A stretch of 64,000 nucleotides of DNA, taken from positions 324,677 to 388,676 of the forward strand of contig ML992517.1 in NCBI GenBank assembly GCA_010093995.1, given 5' to 3'. Origin of the DNA: Elsinoe ampelina (Eukaryota). The position numbers and the translations under genes were made by a program. Of the stretch, positions 22,217 through 35,200 are shown one piece after another. Position 1 is the first letter of the stretch. Every line of letters starts with the position of its first letter. Under the pieces are notes generated by a model. The model made no database searches, had not been told where the DNA came from, and saw only the letters and a list, made by a program, of their open reading frames with translations.

Positions 22217-24661
22217 TCAACGGCCAATGCCACTCACCCCCAGCCCGACAGCCTGACGCTGCTTTCCTAGCCATGACTTTGGTGACTCCCTCCTGCGTCC
22301 GACAATGACGTTGTCCCGCTGGATTCTGCTCGTGAGATCGAACCAAGCAGATGTCATGAGCTGGTTCTCCTTCTTCAGCTGGGCGAATGCTTTTTCGTCC
22401 GCTTTGGTCATGCCGGTGCCGTTCTTGGATGCGAGGATTCTGGCCTCTTCGAGGTCTTTCTTGTGTGCGAGTTGGGCTTCTTCAAGTTGTCGGCGGAGGG
22501 CGGCGAGTTCGATGTCTTTTTGATCGAGTGCCTGGGAGCAGTTAGAAAAGTCATGGAGAAGAGAAGCGATGTTGTATTGACTCACCTGCTGAGCACTCTT
22601 GCCGTCATGCCGAGCGCCTTCGATCCTAGCAACGAGACGATTGCCCACATCGACTATGACCTCGTCGTTCTCTGCCCGTCGCACTTCATCAAGCAGCTGT
22701 CGAACGAGCTCCCACTCCTTTGACTTTCTCAGCTCTTCGTCCTCCATGCCGATGCCTCTTGCGCTCAGCAGAGCATACCTGAGCAATGCTTTGCTCTCAG
22801 CCAGCTCAGCCTGGATGTTCTCGGAATGCTTCGTGAGATTGCTATAGCTTCTGCTCAGAGCGGCGTATTCTGCACCTGCGTCGAGTCGTTTTGATTCGTC
22901 CTCGCTGGTGGGGCTGCGAAGACCGTCTCTGGCATCTTGCTGCAGGGAAAGCAACTTCTCTTTTGTCGAAGCAAGCTCGCTGGTGAGCTCAAAGACACTA
23001 TCCTGAAACTTCCTGACCTCTTCGGTAGCTGACATGAGTTTCTTACGTTGCTCCAAGTAAGGAATTTTCTCCTCTTCGCTCCCTTTGGTGCCTTCGTTGA
23101 GCTCTCCGAGAGTGGTTTCCAGGCCGAGCTTGTCAGACAGAATGTCCAGGTATTGCTCCTCGAGACTCTTGTTGCGTAGCCCGAGAGCCCGGAGCCGGTC
23201 CTCAAGCATGGCTACATCGCCGCTTCCGGGTAGAGCAATACTGACTTTTCTGCTCGTTGGAGGTCGACAATCTGCTTTTTCCATCTCGCTGTCAAGACCC
23301 TTCTTGCCGTTTTCCTCCACGTCACTCCCGTCCATCTGCGTGAGCTTGCTCTCCAACTCCTGAATGACTTCTTGGTCTCGAACTTGGCGTTCCCGTACCA
23401 CGTCGTATCGTTGGCTGAGCACCCGTAGCTCATGTTCCAGTCGTTTTCTGGCCGTTCGCATGTCGAAGATCTCCTGCTCGGTGTTCGCAATGATGTTCAT
23501 GTTCTCTCGATTGGTCGTCTCCAAACGCTCGCATCTATCTTTCCACTTGTCCATTTCAGCAAGCTGCTCCTGAGCGTTCTTCAGATCTTCTCGTAGAGTG
23601 GCCGACCCTTTACTCTCATCTTGCAGGTTTTGGATCTTCTTCCGAAGGTTTTCATTGGCTCGGGTCTTGGAAAGCAGCTCATCTCGCTCGGCGCGTATCA
23701 ATTGAAGATCGTCCTTCATCTTCTGATGTGCCTCGCTACTCGCCCTGAGCCTTTCAAGTTGACGCTCTTGACTCGCCGCAGTAGTCCTGGCTGATTCAAG
23801 CTCTGTCTCCAGCTGTCCGATGTAGTCCCTGTCCTGGTCCGAGCGATCTTTGAGCTCTCGAAGAACCTCGTCCTCCCGCTTCCTTCCACCGGCGGACGGG
23901 TCTTCTCTGAGCTTCTCAAACGCATCCTCGATCCTGGCCTTTTCTTGTCGCAAATCTTCAAGCTCAGCAGCGGCCTTCGCGTTCGACTCTTCCAATTGCC
24001 GTATGATCCGGTGCGCCTGTATAAGCTGTTCCTCATGTTCCAATTCCATGTCTCGTTCAACATCCTTGCTCTTTTCCGCCGCCTTTCCCTTGTCTTGCCT
24101 CTCCTCCTTGATCTCGAATACACTGCCGTCCTCTGCACCGTCACTGATCTCTCCAGCCTCCTCCTCCATTCCGGCCATAGCAGCAGCAATTGTTCCAGCA
24201 GCCTCTTTTCCCAACCCAACCACTACCCTTCCCATTCTTTGATTACTGCTTGGACTGTACATGGCAGCCCTCAGGATCCCTTTCAATAGCCGCACTACTT
24301 CTGCCTCATCTCCGTCTTGTGCTATCTTCTTCAGGTCCGCACCCTTGCCCTCCACGTCCGCCCCAGCCCCGGTCTCGACTCCACATACATCTCGAACATA
24401 GCCTCCCACCTCGCGCTCGATATGCTTCAAATTTTGCCATTTCGGGATCCAATTGCTTGAGGTTTCCGCCGAAGAGGATGGGAGCGCCGAGGACGTGAAA
24501 TAGTCTGGGTCGATATCCTGCAGAATGCTCCACAACAGGTGTCCATCCCGGAGGGCGGAAAGCTTGAGACCTGGACCTGCCGGACCGGTAGTATCTGGGG
24601 CCAAAGCCTGCACCCAGGCCAGTAAAGCTGCTGGTAATCCAGGTGGGTCGGGGATGGGCAT
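22217..24661 (-). CDS. hookA: Hook-family dynein cargo adaptor (HookA/Hok1-like)
   Basis: N-terminal Hook/CH-like domain (LLAWV..L.DG.LL..IL..IDPDYF..NW..KWQNLK), long coiled coil, C-terminal LKKENQLMTSAWFDL..SWLGKQRQ; likely 54-nt intron 22532-22585. Confidence 0.85.
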   Translation of the reverse strand: MPIPDPPGLPAALLAWVQALAPDTTGPAGPGLKLSALRDGHLLWSILQDIDPDYFTSSALPSSSAETSSNWIPKWQNLKHIEREVGGYVRDVCGVETGAGADVEGKGADLKKIAQDGDEAEVVRLLKGILRAAMYSPSSNQRMGRVVVGLGKEAAGTIAAAMAGMEEEAGEISDGAEDGSVFEIKEERQDKGKAAEKSKDVERDMELEHEEQLIQAHRIIRQLEESNAKAAAELEDLRQEKARIEDAFEKLREDPSAGGRKREDEVLRELKDRSDQDRDYIGQLETELESARTTAASQERQLERLRASSEAHQKMKDDLQLIRAERDELLSKTRANENLRKKIQNLQDESKGSATLREDLKNAQEQLAEMDKWKDRCERLETTNRENMNIIANTEQEIFDMRTARKRLEHELRVLSQRYDVVRERQVRDQEVIQELESKLTQMDGSDVEENGKKGLDSEMEKADCRPPTSRKVSIALPGSGDVAMLEDRLRALGLRNKSLEEQYLDILSDKLGLETTLGELNEGTKGSEEEKIPYLEQRKKLMSATEEVRKFQDSVFELTSELASTKEKLLSLQQDARDGLRSPTSEDESKRLDAGAEYAALSRSYSNLTKHSENIQAELAESKALLRYALLSARGIGMEDEELRKSKEWELVRQLLDEVRRAENDEVIVDVGNRLVARIEGARHDGKSAQQVSQYNIASLLHDFSNCSQALDQKDIELAALRRQLEEAQLAHKKDLEEARILASKNGTGMTKADEKAFAQLKKENQLMTSAWFDLTSRIQRDNVIVGRRRESPKSWLGKQRQAVGLGVSGIGR

Positions 24662-27098
24662 TTACCCTGCTGTTGTAGTCGTTGTCGCGTGTGGTGGTCA
24701 ACACGCGTTGCTTGGGGACTGGAAGGAATAGATTTGTACGGTAGCCCAGATCTGGATCTCGACGTCACAAACGACATGACGGGAATCATGGGATGACATA
24801 ACATCATCACATCACTTCCTGGACCTGTCTCCAGACTTGCGACGATCGAGATCTCGATCAAATTGCACGGTGGGCTCGCCTCCAGTGCGACAATATGGGC
24901 ACATCGGGTGATCATTCCGGCGATGACGAGCCACACTGGTCCAGGATCGGTTCCGTTCGCCTTCATGGTCACGAACGAGCGCTAAGGCAATGCCATACCT
25001 GTGTCGGCTGCTTGGAGCTACCTTTGAAGCTTCAGGACGGTGGTATGGACTGTCAATCCGGCCACACACTTCAAGCATGCGGTCGGACGCTGTTTCTCTC
25101 AGCTCATGGTACTGTCCACGTTCAAGAAGTGGCCCCAGATGCTGCCGGAATGGGAAATGACCATGTCACACGTGCGGTTTGCCCCTTTCACAGCGTAGGA
25201 CGACTGACTTGGTGCAAACCTATTGGACTTTAATTTTTCCGTTGATGTCAATCGGGCTAGTTTGGCGAGAAGGCGGGACGGGTCTGCCGGGGCAGACCGA
25301 TACGGAGGTAAGCGACTTTCGAGCTGCGATTTTTGTGCTTAACCAGGAGTCGACTTCCCAAAGTCTTTTGGTGATCGACGCCCATGTCTCCCACGCAAAA
25401 GCTTCGCATATGCTGCAAACCAAGCTTTGTAGCGAGATCCCCGGCTCATCTACTTTGGACAGGTTCCCCTGGAAATTCTATGCTGCTACAACAGGCTGTT
25501 CAAAAAGGACAATGAAAGTCTTCATTGTGATCAGCGGCAAAAGATGCTCGCTCAGCACCGGCAGATCGTGGCAAGTACGATCAAGAAGGGCAGGAAGCAC
25601 GGTAGTGTCGCATTTGTTTGGTATAGGTGGAACTAGGAGTAAGTTGGGATGGTTTGGATCATGGAGTACGCCATTATACGCCAATATGGAAAGACTACAA
25701 TGGCATCGTGGGTCCCTCAGAAATCGCAGGTCGATGAATGGGAGTCTTTGTGACATCCGACTGGGAGCCAACTCGACCTATGGGGCAGTTGATCGTGCGA
25801 CATCCTATACGTTATTTAGCTTGTCGGTCTATAGGGAATGTGGCCAGTCGACAGCATCCGACTCTGGGAAAGCGTTCCATGATAGCCGTCTGGATTCTAT
25901 CGAGATTCGGACAAGCGAGTCTCCTAGGCGACGGACATTGTGCACGCTCGGTAGACCTAGCTGGACACCATGAAGAATAAGTGAAGGACTAGGCACTGAG
26001 CAGCGATCCGCTCGGCGCAGAATCGTACCGAGAGAAACCTTGTTGGTCCGAGAAGCCGGATGGCACGAAGTGGCAAGACTCGCCGATGCGGAGGCATCTT
26101 TAAGTCCGGGCTTTGGGAAGCTGGAGTCGGGGAGCATCAGAAGCGAATGCAGACTGTCCTAAAGCGCCGAACCATCTGGGCAGACTAGTGCTCGAGGGTG
26201 GGGCATTAGGCGATAGAATGCATATTAGGCGAAAATGGCGTCAACGGAGTTGGACAGTGTAGCCTTATTCTAATAGGCAGCTTCCTGATCGAGCCGTCAA
26301 TTCCAATATCATTCACCGGTTGAAGGCTAACATGAGCAAAAGGTCTGGTCAGAGCAACATGTAGGTGGCGAATGGCATCAAAAACAATCATGGAACACTA
26401 GGCGGCTGGGTCGGGCCTCTTAAACCCCACTGGTTCTGGTCCGGCCCGCGGAGCCCGACGTTGAGGACCCAGCTTTCGAGTGGAATGGGGTCTGGCCTGA
26501 CAATCAAAATCATTGTTGATATGCCGCTGCCTGAGAACGTAAGCGTTAGTGCCAACATTTGATCATCGCAGAGACGGGTAGTAAAGTTTATATAGACGAG
26601 GATCTGCATTCAGGGCGTGGTCGTTGGAGCCAAACCTGAGACGGATGATGAACTAACCATTACTTATTCAAATTCTGCAAGAGGTCTCTTCAGCTGGCCA
26701 TCATATCGGCATCAACTCGGGCGCTGATTAGTCCACTTGTATTCATCATCCTTGGATATAATATCATGTGGGGACAAGGCTTTCTTACGGTGATCGACGC
26801 TAATTAGAGACAAAAGCACGTGCGAGACCAGTGCTGCCCTCAGTGGGTGTGATGAGTCAGAGACTGTGCCCTAAAGCGTTCCTCGTCCATTCGTAACATA
26901 ATGTATATAAAGTGGAACATCTGGCCAAGTTGGAGCGAGTTTCACGTGCGAGCATGGCTTGGCACGTTTCACGCCAAGGGCCACCTTGCTGACAAACAGC
27001 TTTGCTTTGAGCTGTGCTATCCTCATCCAGACGACTTGGACCCGCATATTGATTTAGTCATGTTCATAACTCTCAAGAATGGCAGAGCGAGCGACACT

Positions 27099-28541
27099 AT
27101 GGAGCAGGTTTTGGCCAGGAACCCCGCCACCGTCCGAGAACGACCTCGTGAACGCCGCAACCTACGACGACCGGCTTGCGAGGCATGCAAGAAGAGCAAG
27201 GTATGTGTGACCCCCCTCAATACAAATGTACGTACTGCAGTCCGCTGACTACAGTGCTCTTAGCTTCGTTGTTTGGGCCCACAGTCACAGTGCGACAGAT
27301 GCTTGTCCCGCTCCATCCCGTGCATTTTCCCAGAGCCAATGCGAGCGAGATCTGGTCAAAACACGAATCGGAGCGCTAATGGGATGACAAGTGTTCAATC
27401 GGACTCGATAGTGAGCACGACCACATTCACTTCTCCATCCCAGACGCTGCAAACGCCAGTCGACACCGATTTCATACCGTCCAACTCTCTGCTCTCTTCT
27501 GACGACAATCCGAATGGTTTGAATGGAACCTTTGATTGTTTGTGACGTCTGATTTGTCCATTCCGAGATAATAGACTGACCTACATTAGTAGCATTTACG
27601 GATGAAGAGATGCGTTCTTTGACGGGCCAAGTATTCCCCGAAGCCGATCAAGACTGTACGTCGTTCAACGTCAGACAAAGGTTAGTGGCTGACGTGAGAT
27701 AGTTCTTGATGGTTTTGAGACCCAGGCTTTGGCCGATACGCCCATGGAATGGTTCAGTTCAGACAACCGCTCGCTCATGGACAGCACAGCATCGCACGAG
27801 TACCCGGTCCCAGACGTTTTCCTTCAGCAAAAGCAACGGCCCGGTCCTACTGCGCTGGAACAGCCATCGTTCGCTACTTCGGACGGCAACAGATCAAGCA
27901 TTTCTCAAGCCACAATAAGACATGATTCTGTGGGCTGCGACTGTATTACAAGTGCTCTTGGTGTCGTGCAACAGCTTGACGACGACCATTTCAAACTGTC
28001 CTCTCTTTCACTGGACCAAGTCATACAACTGCAAAAATGGATTCAAAAGTCAGCTGGAGCCTCTCTTAAGTGCGAATCGTGCAAGGATGACTCGAAAGTC
28101 CTCACCGTCGTCGTCATCGTCTGTGAGCGATTGACCGAGATGTTCGAGTGTATCCACCGCCGCATCGATCAAGCGACCCAAGAGACCCTCGGTGGCGATC
28201 CCAATCTTCCCAGGCTGGTCTCCATGTCGGATGAGCAGCTGTATCCTTCTTTGGGGACGAAAGAGGGATGCGATGTCCGCTGCAATACTGCTTTGTTCTC
28301 CATGGAGTTCCAAAAGATGTACTCGGGAGAGGAGCAGGTCCATATGATCAAAGTCCTGCTGCGGCTACAAATGAGGAACCTTCAGGCTCATCTGGTCACG
28401 TTGACGACAATCTACGACTCGAAAGCCAATGAAGCACGCCGACACAAGATATCCTCCCTGACAGCCCGTCTTTCGAGAGCTGCCTCTGCTATCGACAACT
28501 CGTTACAAAACTTGTTAGAGCATCAAAGAAATGAACGATAG
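27099..28541 (+). CDS. Zn(II)2Cys6 transcription factor, probable cluster regulator
   Basis: ACEACKKSK|intron|LRCLGPQSQCDRCLSRSIPC binuclear cluster; further introns ~27540-27700; C-terminal CDC..C..C region. Confidence 0.85.
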
Positions 28542-28554
28542 AATTCCTATAGAT

Positions 28555-30292
28555 TCAGCGCTGGAACCAATCCTCCTTCTTCTTGGTCAAGACTACTTTG
28601 ACAGACCTCTGCGTCGTGAACCACCGACCATCCACCGCCAACTCTTGCTTCGGATCTTCCAATTGCACATCAAAAGTCCTATATAGCTCGAACACAACCT
28701 TCCACATCTCAAGCATGGAAATGTTCTTGCCGATGCAGCTGCGTGGACCGTAACCGAACTGCGCCACGGTCAGTACGGACAAACATCGTTTCGAAAACCG
28801 GGCAACAAACCGTGAAGAGATTCCTCTTCATATCCCGGATCTGGTCGTTGTCGTTCTCAATCCAACGCTCAGGGCGGAAGACCTCTGAATCCTCACCAAA
28901 GACATCCTTGTTGCGATGTAGCACCCAAGTGTTCACGCCGACCACAGTATTCTCTGGTAGATGAATACCGCAGAGCTCGACGCCACCCTTGGGGACCAGT
29001 CGTTCCAGAATGAATCCTGTCGCAGGATGTACCCTTATCGACTCGTCTATGACTGCGGACCTGAATCTCATCAGCACAAAGCCGGATATGAGGAGAATTC
29101 CACCCACAAGTAGGGCAATCGAGTTGCCTCAGCATAGGTTATGGGCTGCGAGACTTTACCGGACTGTATAGCACTGGCCATCTCTGCTTCCAAGCTCGCT
29201 CGAGCTTTGGGGTACTTTCCAAGATTATACAAGACCGAGGCTAGAGAGATAGCTGTTGTGTCACTACCAGCAATCACATTCGTAGTTGTGATGGCTACAA
29301 TCTCATCCTCGGTCAGTAGCGTGGGATCCTTCTCGCTGGTGGCGAATAATTGGCTCAGTATGTCTCTGCGAGTGCTTGGCTCCTTCTTTCGTTCTTCTAT
29401 GCGGGCCAGGGAAAATTGCAAGACCTGGTTCGTCTTCTCTATAGACGGCAACAGCTTTGGTAAGAAGGGATTACCAAGCAGAAATTTGTGCATCAAAGGC
29501 GCCTGGCCGATCTGGACAAATGTGAGCAAGTCCAGTCACTATGGACGGAGGGGTGAATCTACCAGAGACACATAGCCTAGAATGCCGTGAATCGCAGCAA
29601 TGATGCTGTCAACATCGCCACCCTTCTTCATGAACCCGAGATCCTTGGAGAAATTGATCTGCCCGAGCACATCAAAGGCGAAATACTGCATCCAAGCGAC
29701 AGCATCAATGGCACTGCGCTTCTCTGCGGACACCTCGCTCAATCTCGCAAGAAGCAGCTCCACACACTCATCGACGTATGATTCAAGACCAATCATGGTG
29801 TCCATGGCGAAGGCTCGAGCGGCACCCTTCTTAAGCTTCGCATGATATTCGTTGCTCTGAGTGGTGAACAAGTTCGGGAGAAATCGACCTTTGTAGATAG
29901 CTTCGGCTAGAGGATAAAATTCAGACTATCATCGCTTGTCAGACACGATATAGCTCGCTACGTCGAGCCAAAGTCACCTTCTTGAACACCGTCTGAATTC
30001 CATAAATCGCCGCCATACTACCCGGATCTGCAAGTGAGACGTGATTAGGCCCGATGCGGACAATGGGACCATAATCTTCGTGGACTCTGATGTTCTCCCG
30101 GTGCATGTTCCGCCTCCATACGGCCTTCCATTTCCACCAATTCGAGAAGCTGGCGGTGAATGGTCCTGGGACGTTGCGGAGGCCGGGTCGGTACCGGGTG
30201 CGGAGCAGGGAGGTGGCGAAGATGACCAGGACGCACGTGACTGGATGAGAAACTACCAGAGAGACAGTCTTCTCGAAGATAGACGAAACCAT
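28555..30292 (-). CDS. Cytochrome P450 monooxygenase (multi-exon)
   Basis: N-terminal TM then PGP, YGPIVRIGPN, AGSDTT (I-helix), ESIR (ExxR), PERW, FGYGPRSCIG heme motif. Confidence 0.95.
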
Positions 30293-30563
30293 ATCGGTAA
30301 AACTTGACTTTTGAAGCAGGAATAATACGATCAGGCCGAGGGCATTCGTATTGTTTGTGTAGAGACGAAGTCAATCACACTGAAGCACTCGCTTCATTAC
30401 CGGCATCATGTACTGACCTGCTCGCTAACCACATGCACTTCATCACAATCGAGCTCGATGCAATCATCTCCGGCATGTATCTTGTCCGGAGATGGTACTC
30501 GGCAAGGTGAGCAATGTTGATGGGAGAGTCAACGATGCCTCACGCGCTCGGGCGCGTTCCGGG

Positions 30564-30705
30564 TGTTGTAACTGGCAAATCGGATCGAGAGACGTGTGTT
30601 TCATTCAGAGAGTTACAATAACCGATTTATCTACTATGCGTGCGCTGACTTATTAGTACTAGTTCTTTAGTACCAGAGAAGCTATACTAGCCTTCTATTA
30701 TAACA
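30564..30705 (-). repeat. 3' LTR of copia element
   Basis: tgttgtaactggc...ttataaca; 13 transitions versus the other LTR. Confidence 0.92.
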
Positions 30706-32275
30706 CTCCCCCTCTAGTATAGATTGTTAAAGCTAGAGAACTATCCTGTTATATATAAGTAAAGTAATTAGCTTATTACTTTATCTCTTTATAATTGCTT
30801 ATAATTATTAGTGCTAGCTAATTACTAGTGAGAATTTACTATTAGATTAGCTTATAACAGCTAGTAGCAATAGTAACTATTAATAATAGCTAGGCAGCTA
30901 TTATCTCTATTGTTCTATGTAAATAGATTAGCTTATAAATCTTAATAAGGGAGATATAAGTATCTAGCTAACTTCTTTATAGTTTCTCTTTCCTTTATTA
31001 TACTTATAATAATAGCTTACTATTTTATATTCTACTTTTATACCTTCTATAGCATAAACTAACTCTTTACACTATAAGTGCTACTACTTAGCTAAGTATT
31101 AGTAGTATTACTACTAGTGCTAGAGTACTAGGTAGTTCGCTAGGTAGTAAAGGTAGAGGATATAATCTTCCTTAGTCTAGAGATTTAACTAGTTCTAAGA
31201 CAAAAAAGTAAAGTACTATAAGGGCTATTACTAGACTAAATGCTCTTAGTATATTGTCTCTTATATAGTCTAAAAAGTAGTACTAACTTATTATAGTTAG
31301 GACTAAATAGGCTCTTACTTAGGAGCTTACTATAAGTATCTAGAACGACTTTACTAGGCTTAGGGACCTTAGATATTATAACTATAACTTACTATACTTA
31401 GTCTTTAGGTCCTCTACTATTTAGGCTTTTAGTGCTAGTAACCTAGATCTTTTAGTCTTAGCCTCTATCTAGGTAAAGAACCTAACTAAGACAATTAACT
31501 TAACTAGTTCTCTAACTTATATAGCTACCTTAATAGGAACTAGTGCTACTAGAAGGGTTATTTACTATAGTACTAACTACTATACTAAGTGTTAGAGCTC
31601 TACTCTAAGTAATAATAATAGCCTTAGTAGAGCTAGTAAGTTTAAGTAGTATATTATAGTCTCTAGCTAGTTCTATAGTGCCTATACTAACTATACCTAT
31701 AGTCTATAGTATAAGACTTACTCTCTTATCTAGTATACTCTAACTCTAAGACCTCTAAAGGAAACTCTAAGTAGTTTAAGGCCTATTACCTAACCTATTC
31801 TATATAGCCTAATATACCTACTAACTAAGCTTCTAAGGTCTTTCTCTTTTAGTAGTACTTTGCCTTAAAGGTTCTTACTAAGGCCTACTTCTTCTCGTAG
31901 TAGGCCTACTAACGTTATTAATAAGTCCTTAGTCTATTCTAACTTACACTACTTTATTATAGTTCCTATAGACTTTGTTAATCTAGTAAATCCTATATAG
32001 GCTAAGCTTTAGGCCCTATAGGTTATTATAGCTAGGTTTACTATAAGTATAGCTAAAGTTATATCTAGTAAGAGAGCTAGCCTTCTAATTATTTATACCT
32101 TTGCTATATAAGGTTTAGCTAGTAGTATAGGTTATATAAGAAATATATCTAGTTCTTCCCTAAGAAACGAAAGGTTAAGGGCTAACTCTAATACATTAAT
32201 AGGTAGTAGATCTTATACTAGCTCTAAGGGCTTTAAGAGAATAAGGACTCCTCTAAGGAAGTAATTAGTAAAGTA

Positions 32276-35200
32276 TAGAGTAGTTAGTAGGTAGTAGGTA
32301 TTTTACTACGGGTAGGGTAGAGTATTATTTCTTAGCATAGTAGGTATAGGTTAAGTAGAGTATTCTTAGCAGTAGGTATAGTAGGGGTTAGGTAGTAGGT
32401 ATTTCGCGTGCCTAAATACTCTACCTACTATAACCTACGCCTGTGCGTAGGTAGGTATTACGTAAGCAATAGAAGCTTCTCTTAATTCTCTAATATAAGA
32501 TATTATATAGAATTTAAAATTAGAAAGGACAGTAATAATTACAGTCTCTAATTATAGCATCTTATATACTTAGTTATTATATTTATAAATGGTTCTATTC
32601 TATACCCTTATAGACAATCTTATACGCTTTACTAGAGGCTCGTTGTCGTTAATGTTATTGTTCTCCTCGTAATTGCTTAGAACAAAGTTGCCCTCTTAAG
32701 AAGGTAGCTTAAGTAGGTTATCTACCTCGTCTATAGTAGTATCTTTATAACTACTGTTAATAGTATCTTAATAACTACTAGCAACAATATTACTACTTAA
32801 TAAAGAGAGACTTGTTATAAGCTTTATAATAATAAGCTGCCGGATAGTTTATGTAGTAAGCTAGTGTCTTCTATTACTAATAATATTTTTTGCTATATTA
32901 AAGACATATTCGACGCCTACGCTAGCTATTAGTATAGCAAGAATATTATAAGCGACTTTAGTAAGCTATAGGAACTTCTTCTCGTTAGTCTTCTACTAAT
33001 TAAGTAACTTAAATTTAGTACCTAGTTAAATTCGAATAGGAGAGATACTAAGGTAATTCTTACTCTCTTAACGTATAGTTTATCTCTTCTCCTCTTGTTC
33101 TAGAAATACAGGCCCTATACTAGATTAGAAGCTAAAGCTAGTCTATAGGGAGGTAATCTATATAGGTACCCGAGGTTAACGGAACTAATCCTCTTTATTA
33201 TTAGACAAGATTATAGCGTTAAGGGTTTTAGGTTAACTTAATAGTAATTTACTATTGTAACGACTAAGGTAGTTAAGGAACTACTTACGATACTTCCCCT
33301 TATTAGTTTTAGCCTAGGTCTCGTCCTATATTACTATTAGCTTTACTGTAATAATATATCTATAAGCTATAAACCTCGTAGGGAGTTAGCTTTTATAAAG
33401 GGTTAAGAATAGTGCTATAATTAAAGAGGTAACTCCTCTTATTATTAGTGTAAGAATAGTACTTTAATAGTTTATCTCGACTACGTTACGCTACCCTTCT
33501 AACTACTATAGGCTAACGCTTCTTATTATTCTTCTCCTCGCCTATAATACTATTCTTAATTATATTAAGAAAATTAAATAGTCGATTGTATATTATCTAG
33601 ATATATAAGATCTATAGGCGACCGATAGTACTTAAAGAGATAGTTACTTCCTTAAAGTTCTTAAGTATTTTTGTAACTAGCTTAAGGTAATTCTATTCTA
33701 TACTATTAAGATAAAGACGCTTAAGATCCTTATAGTCTAGATTACTAGTGTTATTACTAACTAAGTTAGATCTAGCACTAGTAGAGCCTTTTAGTGCAAT
33801 TTCCTGCTTAAGCTATTTATCGATAAATAGCCTAAGCTTAAGACTACGCTTATATATATCGAAGGTTAAGTTCTACTACGTCTTAATATCTCGAATAATA
33901 ACCTTACGCTCTCGAGGCGTTATAGTTTATTAAAGGTTAATAAACCTCTTAAACTATTAAGGTAATCGGTCGATAGCAATATAAGTTACATAAAGCTAGC
34001 AATTTATTAGACTATAATTAGAAACTGTAATTAGAAAGCTAACCTTCCGAAGCGAGTTTAGTACTAAGAGTTTAGTAGAGATATCTTTTAAGTGCTGTCT
34101 TTTAAGCCTAGTAGTCTACTCTTCTTCCTTAGTAGTCTAAAGGTTAAGGTACTTAATAATGTCTTATATAACTAGGTTAATAATATATATAAGATATAGA
34201 ATAGTATTCTCTTACGAGTCTTACATAATACCTGTCTATCTTAGAAGCTTATATATAGTCTTACGCAACGTACGATTATTACTTATATTGTCTATAGTAA
34301 TTGCTAGAAGCTAGTCCTAGAGATTATACTACTAGAGTACCTATATAAGCTTAGTAGCTATATTCTACCCTATGTGTTAACTACGAAGTAGTACTATATC
34401 TAATAGTTGTTCCTAGAGCTACTATTAGTCGTTAATATAATAAGCTTTAATTGTAATAAAGCCTAAGTAGTTATTAGTAGACTAGCTATTAAGTGTAATT
34501 AAAATCTTTATAGTCTTATTAAGATTCTATAATAAGCTTTTATAGAGAGTCTTAAATTCGTTAATAAAGAGTATAGCGAAATAACTATAGCTTAGTATAA
34601 GTACTCCCGGGTGTAAGAACTATATAAACTATTAAAATAATAGTCGCTTAATAGTATAGAAGGACTAATTATAGTTAACAACTATTTAAACAAGCTCTAA
34701 TTAGAAGCGAGTAACTAAATACAATAGAACGTTTTTCTAATCGATTACTAGACAAGCTCGAAGTTATATAAGTACTCGAAGTGCTAGTGCTCCCTTATAG
34801 ACTAGTCTTGTTACTTTCCTATAGAAATTTAACTCTCTATGTTTACTTATTGTATTAGTACTATTCTTTCCTAGTATAGGGTAGGTAAGAGCATTACTAC
34901 ACTATAGGTAGTAAACGTATAGACGGCTATCTAATACTTGTATAGCTTCTCCGAAATATCCCTATACTTGTCTAGTTCTTAGTTTTAAGTTCTAGTATAG
35001 CATATAGAACTCCTTAGAGTAACTATAGCGAGATGCCTAAAGTGTTAAGTTCTACTACATTAAGAAGCTTTAGAGGTCTATTTGTTCGTTAGGACGTACT
35101 AAGGAATTAAGCGTTAGACACTTTAGAAGATACTATTATATAGGCTAACTACTCTTATCGCGTTATTATATAGTAAAACGATAGTTAAGCAAATCTTAAG

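Noticed and set aside
19597..24661. Cyclase, GST and Hook as members of the NRPS cluster
   Set aside because: Hook is housekeeping and separates cyclase and GST from the TF by more than 4 kb; no evidence of linkage
24700..27000. 264-aa ORF (25179-25973) and other short ORFs
   Set aside because: No domain motifs; likely divergent promoter region of Hook and the TF, though a decayed gene cannot be excluded
33748..33933. Short ORF in AT-rich block
   Set aside because: Antisense to the RIPed hAT transposase
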